IMG/VR virus record: IMGVR_UViG_3300032069_000007
Location: 1-64,000 of that record
Strand: one strand, 5' to 3'
DNA from: a virus
DNA length: 64,000 nucleotides
Shown here: positions 57,743-64,000 of the stretch, piece by piece
Numbering within the stretch: the first letter of the stretch is position 1
How the letters are laid out: each line of letters starts with the position of its first letter
Made by a program: the position numbers and the translations under genes
Notes under the pieces: generated by a model
What the model saw: the letters and a program-made list of their open reading frames with translations, nothing else
Told to the model about the DNA's origin: nothing
Database searches by the model: none

Positions 57743-58288
57743 ATGATCGTGATGTACGCAATACACGTCGATGGGCTGTCCGGCGAGGTGGAAACCTCGT
57801 ACGGGACTGTGGTCTTCGACGAGAACGGCGACGGGATCTGCACGCTGGACCAGACGTGGGCGTTCGCCGGCGATAAGGGGTTCTGTGTTCAACTCCTGCC
57901 GGGTCAGGCGCCCGAGGAGGGGTCTCCCGTCGAGGATAGCCTCACCCTTGGCGTCGTGGTCGAGACCATTCCCGTTGAGACCGAGCCCATAGTGATCCCA
58001 GACCCAACGGCACAAGACCCGGCCATTCCCATTGACCCTAGAGAGGCAGGGAATACCTCGCCGCTCGAGGAGGGGGAGCCCCCGGTCGGTCTGGAGGGGA
58101 ATCCGATCGCCGTTGGCGAACTGGCGGCCAACGAGCCGGACGCTGAGGGCGAAGGCACAACCCCGGGCGTTGTGGGGAGCAGCTATGCGGACCTACGGGC
58201 AATGGCGACTGCACGCGGGATCAAGTACGTCGGTGTGACGAAGGCCGACCTCATTGCGGCACTAGAGGCCGGTGAAACGCCGGCCTAG
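57743..58288 (+). CDS. acidic protein with C-terminal HeH/Rho-N-like motif
   Basis: YADLRAMATARGI......KADLIAAL. Confidence 0.65.
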   Translation: MIVMYAIHVDGLSGEVETSYGTVVFDENGDGICTLDQTWAFAGDKGFCVQLLPGQAPEEGSPVEDSLTLGVVVETIPVETEPIVIPDPTAQDPAIPIDPREAGNTSPLEEGEPPVGLEGNPIAVGELAANEPDAEGEGTTPGVVGSSYADLRAMATARGIKYVGVTKADLIAALEAGETPA

Positions 58289-58321
58289 CGCCGACAGGGG
58301 CCGCGCAAAACGGAAAGTAGC

Positions 58322-58555
58322 ACGCCGACGGTTTGCACCCGGTGCGGATACTGCTGTTGGGACTGGAAAGGCGGCGATCCGCAGAACAAATGTGAATACT
58401 TGGCGGAGGACATGCGCACTTGCACGGTCTATGATCGGCGGGAGGAGGTTGGTAGGGGATCATGCTGCATCTTCCCGAGCGATCCTCGGATACCCGTTGA
58501 CCTGCCCGAGCATTGCGGATACGTTCGCCACTGGGGTGACCAGGGATTGATCTGA
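58322..58555 (+). CDS. CxxCxxCC (YkgJ/YcgN-like) metal-cluster protein lacking a canonical start codon
   Basis: CTRCGYCC...CEYL.....CTVYDRR...C...P...LPEHCGY; TGA overlaps next ATG; not in ORF track. Confidence 0.65.
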   Translation, partial: TPTVCTRCGYCCWDWKGGDPQNKCEYLAEDMRTCTVYDRREEVGRGSCCIFPSDPRIPVDLPEHCGYVRHWGDQGLI

Positions 58556-60123
58556 TGCCGACGTATTACCTCTCGGACACTGACATAACCGCGCTGACCC
58601 TGGAGCAGTTGGCGACTTCGGCCCCTTCGGCGTTAGATGAGGCTCAGGGTTGGACGGTCGATAAGAAAGTAGCCCTTGCATCAGCCTATAAGCCGGACAC
58701 GATCCGGGCAGCAACTACCTTTGTTACGGAGCCTACCGCGTTCAGTGCGCTTGGCTACAGGACAGTCGCGGTGCTCTCCGGCAACTTCGCCGCTGGGAAT
58801 TGGGTTCTGTCCTGGAGGGTCAAGTCTAATGCCTACTACGCGCAGAAGGGGTATGTCAAGTTCCGGCTGTGGCGGAGTACGAACGCCGATGGATCGGGCG
58901 CCACACAGATAACGCCGGGCTGGCAGAGCTCGATCGAGATCGGGTTCACGGCTGCCGGCCAATATCAGACCGGCACCGTTACCTGGGCTAGCGGTTCAAC
59001 CGTAACCCTGACCAACGAGTATCTTTTCCTTGAGGTTGAATGGTATGCCACGGTCTCCGGCGGAAACAACGCGGCGGCTGTCTACTGGGTCCACAACGAG
59101 GGAGCGGCGGAGCAACTTGTCACTCCGGCCCTGGGACAGAGTTACAGCCGCTCGGCCTCGGCGGGGATAGGGGTAGTTGCTGTTGCCACACGGCAGGTGG
59201 CTTATGGACGTGCGGCAAGCGCTTCAGTCAGCTCCGCGGCTTCGTCGGGGAGAGGTGCCGTTCTGGCAAGATCGGGGGGCGCATCCCTCTCAGTCGCTGC
59301 TGCAGCGAACAGGGTTCTTGGCAAAGTGAGATCAGCGGCGGCGGGGATTGGTGTGGTAGCAACGGCGGTGAGGGCAGTTGCTTTCGGGAGAAGTGGATCG
59401 GCGGGGATAGGGGTCTCACCTTCGGCAGCCAGGGCTTTTAGCGGCTTTCGGTCGGCATCAGCAAGTGTAAGTGTGGCCGGAACTGCATCAAGAACGTTCT
59501 CAGGAATTAGGCTGGCTACGGCCTCGATGTCCGTAGCGGCGTCAGCGGCCAGAATCTACGGCGCACTGAGAGAAGCCGCAGCCTCCATTTCCGTTGACGC
59601 GATTGCGGAGGCTATCAAGAGCGGCGGGCAGGCATTCTTCAGGACAGCAGAGGCCGCCATATCGGTGATTGCAACCGCCACAAGGCAGGTCAGTCTGAAC
59701 AGGTCGGGGGCGGCCTTGGTCTCAGTCGGTGCGGGGGCAGATAGGATTATCGGCAGGATCAGATGGGCGGCGGCCAACATTAGTGTGGCAGGGTCGGCAG
59801 CGAAGGTGGTCAGCTTCGGGAGGACCGGTTCGGCGGCTGTAGGCGTCTCGGCATTAGGGACAAGAGCCGTCGGCGCAGTTCGTTCGGCGTCGGCGAGTGT
59901 GAATGTGGCCGGAATCGCAGCACGAGTATTTGCCGGCAGGAGGCCCGCAGCAGCCAGTGTTGCTGTCTCGGCGTCGGCATCACGAGCGTTCTCGGCATTC
60001 AGGCGGGCGGCAGCAACAATCCTTGTGGGTGCTGTGGCCTTGGCCTACAAGGGCGGAGGCGGAGTTGGCAAACACCTCCACATGGGCCTAGACAAACTAC
60101 GGAAGGTATTTGGAGGGATATGA
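58555..60123 (+). CDS. putative fibre protein: N-terminal beta domain + fifteen ~20-aa Ala/Ser-rich repeats
   Basis: Repeat RSASA.I.V.A.A.R..... Confidence 0.65.
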   Translation: MPTYYLSDTDITALTLEQLATSAPSALDEAQGWTVDKKVALASAYKPDTIRAATTFVTEPTAFSALGYRTVAVLSGNFAAGNWVLSWRVKSNAYYAQKGYVKFRLWRSTNADGSGATQITPGWQSSIEIGFTAAGQYQTGTVTWASGSTVTLTNEYLFLEVEWYATVSGGNNAAAVYWVHNEGAAEQLVTPALGQSYSRSASAGIGVVAVATRQVAYGRAASASVSSAASSGRGAVLARSGGASLSVAAAANRVLGKVRSAAAGIGVVATAVRAVAFGRSGSAGIGVSPSAARAFSGFRSASASVSVAGTASRTFSGIRLATASMSVAASAARIYGALREAAASISVDAIAEAIKSGGQAFFRTAEAAISVIATATRQVSLNRSGAALVSVGAGADRIIGRIRWAAANISVAGSAAKVVSFGRTGSAAVGVSALGTRAVGAVRSASASVNVAGIAARVFAGRRPAAASVAVSASASRAFSAFRRAAATILVGAVALAYKGGGGVGKHLHMGLDKLRKVFGGI

Positions 60124-60614
60124 TGATTAAGACTAGCAGAGAAGCCAAGGCACGAATATGTGTTCGTGGCTCTGTCCTGGTCGAGCACAGGAACAAAGAG
60201 GGCAAACTGCTCTTTCGTAAGCGGTTTGAGAACACGGTCATGCTCCACGGCCTGACCTGGCTACGGGCGCGCGCAGGCAATGGCAGCGTAGACCCAGCAA
60301 ACTACATCGGCCTGTCGTCAAACACGAGCGCGCCTGCCAACACAGCGACCGATCTACTCGCGACGGTCTTTACTGATGATGGGCTTGCGCGGGCGTTAGG
60401 AGCTTATGGCGTAAGTGGAGACTACGCTTTCACGATCTATAAACTGTTCACGAAGGGCGCGGGGGCAGACAAGACGGTTGGCAGCCTTGGACTCTACTAC
60501 GCCGCCGCCACGCCAGACAACCTGTTTGCCGGCGTCGTTTGCACGCCGTCCGCCATTCTGACAAACGGAGATACGCTGGCGATTACATGGACCGTGACGA
60601 TGGCGGCTACATAG
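60120..60614 (+). CDS. putative fibre subunit/structural protein
   Basis: N.V...G, YIGLS, P....T.L, L..GDTL.ITWTVT. Confidence 0.6.
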   Translation: MMIKTSREAKARICVRGSVLVEHRNKEGKLLFRKRFENTVMLHGLTWLRARAGNGSVDPANYIGLSSNTSAPANTATDLLATVFTDDGLARALGAYGVSGDYAFTIYKLFTKGAGADKTVGSLGLYYAAATPDNLFAGVVCTPSAILTNGDTLAITWTVTMAAT

Positions 60615-60623
60615 AGGACTGAG

Positions 60624-61154
60624 ATGCCCGAAGCCTATCTGGACCAAGCAAGATGGCTGTCGATCCTCGTCACAGACATGCAGGACGTAGGCATAACCGG
60701 CCTCGCGTACACCGATGTGGCGGTGTATTACCAGAAGAGCGATGGGACCGTTACTGAACTTGCGCTCACCGCTCAGACCTGGCGAGAGGCCGGCCGTGGG
60801 CTTTACGACGCATACTTCCCCGCTGGCGCCTTCGACACCCTTGGCGGGTTCGTCTGGTGGTGCGTCGCTGCCGGCGCGACCGACTACAGGGCAACCGTTG
60901 ACGTCATGGTGCCCGTTGCAGGGGCTGGATCGGTCCAGAGGACCATCGCGCTTCTCTGCGGTGGCAATCCCGTCATTGGTGCAGAGGTCTGGCTCACAAC
61001 CGACCCTGCGGGTGGGAACGTGGTTGCAGGGACAGAGACGACCAACGACGCAGGCCAGGTAACATTCCTGGTCGATGTCGGCCTTACCTATTACGTTTGG
61101 TGCAAGAGCGCAGACGCTCGATTTTCAAACCCAACACCCTGGCAGGTGACCTAG
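60624..61154 (+). CDS. putative structural protein (Ig/transthyretin-like folds)
   Basis: GITGL, W.E...GLY, P..GAEVW, T...GQV.F. Confidence 0.55.
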   Translation: MPEAYLDQARWLSILVTDMQDVGITGLAYTDVAVYYQKSDGTVTELALTAQTWREAGRGLYDAYFPAGAFDTLGGFVWWCVAAGATDYRATVDVMVPVAGAGSVQRTIALLCGGNPVIGAEVWLTTDPAGGNVVAGTETTNDAGQVTFLVDVGLTYYVWCKSADARFSNPTPWQVT

Positions 61155-61155
61155 T

Positions 61156-62028
61156 ATGGCGGATCTGACGATACAGGGTACGCCGATTGGCGGGGCGGTT
61201 CCGCCGATAGCACCGGAATTGGTCGCGGTAGACGACGTCAAAGCCGAGCTTGTTATGAACACGACGAATGAGTTCACGAGCTTCATGGCAGTGATGGGCA
61301 ACCAGAGCCAGCAGGAGGAGGCGATTCAGAACGCCATCAACTGGAGCGTTTCCAGGGCTGAGCGCGAACTCAAAAGCGACCTCCGGAAGAAGGTGATCAA
61401 GTGCTATCCTGCGGCGAATCTGGTGAAGGGCGTGGATTACGACGTCGACGAGGATCCATACGATTTCTTCCATACGGACTATCAATCCTTCGGCTATATG
61501 GTCCTGCGCCATCGCCCAGTCCAGAGCATCCAGAAGGTTGACCTTCGGTATGGACCGGCCTTTGAGATACTGACCTACCCGATGGATTGGATCAGGTGCA
61601 ACCGGAAGTTTGGGCGGCTCTCCGTCCTGCCGACAGCGAGTGCCTTTGGTGCGATCGGGCCTATAGTTTTGGCCTCCGGCTATTTCTTCCTCCCGATGAT
61701 GCTCGGGTGGGTCCGAGACATCGTGCCACAGATGATCTGCGTTGACTACACGAGCGGCGTTGATGCCACCGACCCAGAGTTCGCCGAACTGAGGCACCAG
61801 GTGGCAAGGCTCGCGACCGCCGAGATCTTCCGGATCATCGGCAGGGCCTATAAGCCGGGTATCGGCAGTTACTCCGTTGGAGAGGACGGGGCAAGCGAGT
61901 CGGTGTCGCTGACGCGCGGGGCAGGCGTTCTTTTCCAATCAGAGATAGCGCTGATCGAGCAGGACTGGGCGCGCTTTGTGGCCCGCTGGTTTGAGAGCCA
62001 GATGCCGATCCAATTCCAGGTAATTTGA
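61156..62028 (+). CDS. head-tail adaptor/neck protein (putative)
   Basis: AEREL, LRHRPV.SI, VDYTSG, S.S...DG.SES.S. Confidence 0.7.
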   Translation: MADLTIQGTPIGGAVPPIAPELVAVDDVKAELVMNTTNEFTSFMAVMGNQSQQEEAIQNAINWSVSRAERELKSDLRKKVIKCYPAANLVKGVDYDVDEDPYDFFHTDYQSFGYMVLRHRPVQSIQKVDLRYGPAFEILTYPMDWIRCNRKFGRLSVLPTASAFGAIGPIVLASGYFFLPMMLGWVRDIVPQMICVDYTSGVDATDPEFAELRHQVARLATAEIFRIIGRAYKPGIGSYSVGEDGASESVSLTRGAGVLFQSEIALIEQDWARFVARWFESQMPIQFQVI

Positions 62029-62029
62029 C

Positions 62030-62731
62030 ATGGCAACGCCAGTCGATTTCAGCGTAGCCCGACATCGTGATTTCATCAACCGCCGGGGCGAGGCGATCAC
62101 GTGGCAGAGGGCCCTCCCCTGCTCCTGCCGTAATCCGATCTCGGGCGAGTACGACCGGACGCACACACCCTGCGGCGGCACAGGGTATCTGTACACGCCC
62201 CAGGCCGTTTCCGACTACCGCGCGCTACTGAGAGACGTGTCGCATAACCAGGTGCTTGCGTCATTCGGCGCCTTGATGCTGGGCGACATCATCTGCACAA
62301 CTATGCCGGACGAGATAGCGATCGCCGTGGGCGATCTCATCGTAATCCCAGGCCGAACCTTCCGGACGGCGCACAACGTCGTTCGCGCCCGCGGTAACCC
62401 GCCGGTCGACACGAAACTCGATGCCCTGAGATGGACTCCGGTTAAGTCCATCACGAGGGTTTGGCAGGCTGGCCACGGGGATTACACACAGAACGGCGTC
62501 GGCGTCGTGGATCCGGAGTACGAGCTTTCGGGGGACAGCGTTAAGTGGCTCACGCCAGATGGCAGCGTCCATAACCCCGCGGTTGACTCGGTTTACAGTG
62601 TCGAATACGCATATTCGCCAACATATATCGCGATCCCGGAGAGAGTCTCTCTGCGGAGGCCGATCGAGGGTGTCTTTATGCCGCAGAGGGCCGTTCTGCG
62701 GCTGAAGAACCCGGAGGACTTCAGGACGTAG
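62030..62731 (+). CDS. head closure/neck protein (putative)
   Basis: G..I.W.RA..C.C........C.GTGY.Y and YSV.Y...P.Y. Confidence 0.7.
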   Translation: MATPVDFSVARHRDFINRRGEAITWQRALPCSCRNPISGEYDRTHTPCGGTGYLYTPQAVSDYRALLRDVSHNQVLASFGALMLGDIICTTMPDEIAIAVGDLIVIPGRTFRTAHNVVRARGNPPVDTKLDALRWTPVKSITRVWQAGHGDYTQNGVGVVDPEYELSGDSVKWLTPDGSVHNPAVDSVYSVEYAYSPTYIAIPERVSLRRPIEGVFMPQRAVLRLKNPEDFRT

Positions 62732-62744
62732 TTGACGACAGGCC

Positions 62745-63593
62745 GTGGCGCTACCAAGGAGGGCGACCTTGAGTCAACTCTTACAACCAGTAAACGTAAA
62801 GACCCTGACGGATAACATGGCCAGGGTGTACGAGCGCCTGGACACCATTCTTCAGTTGAACGTCGGCGAGGCGAACCTTCATGCGCTGGCTGCCTACGCG
62901 GTGATACTCGGTCTCGGGACGGGGCTTGACGACTACTACCCGACCAAGGATATGCTCGACGCGATGAAGGGCATGGCGGACAACGTCGAGACCGCTGCGG
63001 CCACCGCCTCGATGATGCAGGCCGCGCTCGCGGCCGTGGACCAGCACATGAGTCTGCGCGGTACAACAGATGACGCACAGTCCGGCATCGTTGACATCGC
63101 CACGTACGCGACTTACTACAACAAGTCGCCTGCCGACCCCACCACGATGCTTTACGTCCCGGAGTTCGGTGACCTCTACAACGCTATCAAGGGCCGATAT
63201 ATGGACGTCAAGAACGTCTCCGGGTATGACCACGCGGACATGGGCCACTGGACAGTGGCCGGAAGTTTCGTGGACGGAAGCGCCCTTGACGACACCAAGT
63301 ATGGGCTCGTCAAGCCGAAGCTCGTGGTTACGGGCGGGGGGTTCACGTCGAGCGACCACGTAGTCGTCGTCGTGACGGGCAAAAACCACCTGGGAGCCAC
63401 GGGCGTCCTGTGGCACTATACCAGTCCGGGCACGGATCTGGGTGACGGCACTTACTACTTCACCGAAGCACCGGAGAACGGCACTCAGGTTCAGTGGATC
63501 CGTGACGTGACCGGCATCGCGATCACCGGAGGTGGCCTGGCCGGCAGCGGCACGGCGAAGGTAACAGGATCGCGGGCCAGAGTCCTCCCGTAG
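62745..63593 (+). CDS. putative virion structural protein, paralog of 25395..26387
   Basis: VKTLTDNMA, WTV...VDG.ALD.TK shared segments. Confidence 0.55.
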   Translation: MALPRRATLSQLLQPVNVKTLTDNMARVYERLDTILQLNVGEANLHALAAYAVILGLGTGLDDYYPTKDMLDAMKGMADNVETAAATASMMQAALAAVDQHMSLRGTTDDAQSGIVDIATYATYYNKSPADPTTMLYVPEFGDLYNAIKGRYMDVKNVSGYDHADMGHWTVAGSFVDGSALDDTKYGLVKPKLVVTGGGFTSSDHVVVVVTGKNHLGATGVLWHYTSPGTDLGDGTYYFTEAPENGTQVQWIRDVTGIAITGGGLAGSGTAKVTGSRARVLP

Positions 63594-63623
63594 AGGGGAC
63601 ATCTTAGAGGGACACACCGGCCA

Positions 63624-64000
63624 ATGACTGCAATCCTCGACATGGACGGACTCGGCGAGTTCAGGGAGACGCTCAACCGCATACGGGCGCGAGTATCGGA
63701 TCTGCGGCCTTATCTGAATCGGGTCGCCATCGAGGTTCGTAAGGGCTTTGCCGAGATGTTCAACACCGAGGGGGCGGCGGGCGGCGAGAGGTGGAAGCCG
63801 CTTGCCCCCTCGACAATCGCGGCCAAGCAGCAGATGTTCGAGGCCGGGGAGATACGCGGCCGCATCCGGGGGATTCGCGCACGCCTGCGGGCCAGCCAGT
63901 TGCAGGCGGGAGAGATGCCCGGGATCCTGATCCGCACGGGCGCGCTCAAGGACAGCGTCGTGAGGCGCGGGTTCAGGGGCAACATCCACAGGATCGGGGG
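63624..64000 (+). CDS. phage virion morphogenesis (Mu gpG-like neck) protein, truncated by window end
   Basis: F..EG......WKPLAPSTI..K...IL.RTG.L..S. Confidence 0.75.
   Translation, partial: MTAILDMDGLGEFRETLNRIRARVSDLRPYLNRVAIEVRKGFAEMFNTEGAAGGERWKPLAPSTIAAKQQMFEAGEIRGRIRGIRARLRASQLQAGEMPGILIRTGALKDSVVRRGFRGNIHRIG

Noticed and set aside
58272-58550. 92-aa Arg-rich ORF from the track
   Set aside because: The alternative frame encodes a recognisable Cys-cluster motif and couples to the next gene
1-64000. Integrase, att sites, tRNA/rRNA genes, lysis genes, host assignment, alternative genetic code
   Set aside because: None recognisable in this window; TAG, TGA and TAA all terminate clear genes, so no general recoding; lifestyle and host cannot be determined from this segment

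Overview
A 64-kb, GC-rich segment of a large tailed phage or prophage genome, almost all on the + strand. It begins with an early recombination/replication module: SbcD/SbcC, an initiator containing an iteron origin, DnaB, an N6/N4 DNA methyltransferase and a RuvC-like resolvase. Next come the packaging genes (ParB-like, TerS, gpA-type TerL, HNH), an Ig-anchored glycoside hydrolase, portal and a MuF-like gene. A ~22-kb block of giant multi-enzyme (polyvalent) proteins follows, carrying RelA/SpoT-like, topoisomerase IB, two SNF2-like helicase, histidine phosphatase, pyrophosphatase-like, GHKL ATPase and zincin domains. The window ends with a phage sigma factor and a SPO1/Twort-like head and neck module. 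Most striking: four genes are fully nested inside other open reading frames, each with its own TGn-extended -10 promoter while the host frame stays open. These are a +1-frame HNH inside the methyltransferase, an antisense HNH inside intein 1, a +1-frame LAGLIDADG inside intein 2, and an antisense candidate antitoxin beside the RelA/SpoT domain. The giant proteins are also punctuated by K-S/K-A/K-G linkers resembling the capsid maturation site, suggesting protease-processed, virion-delivered polyproteins. A 13-nt motif precedes five late gene blocks. All calls are by-eye motif recognition; no searches were run.
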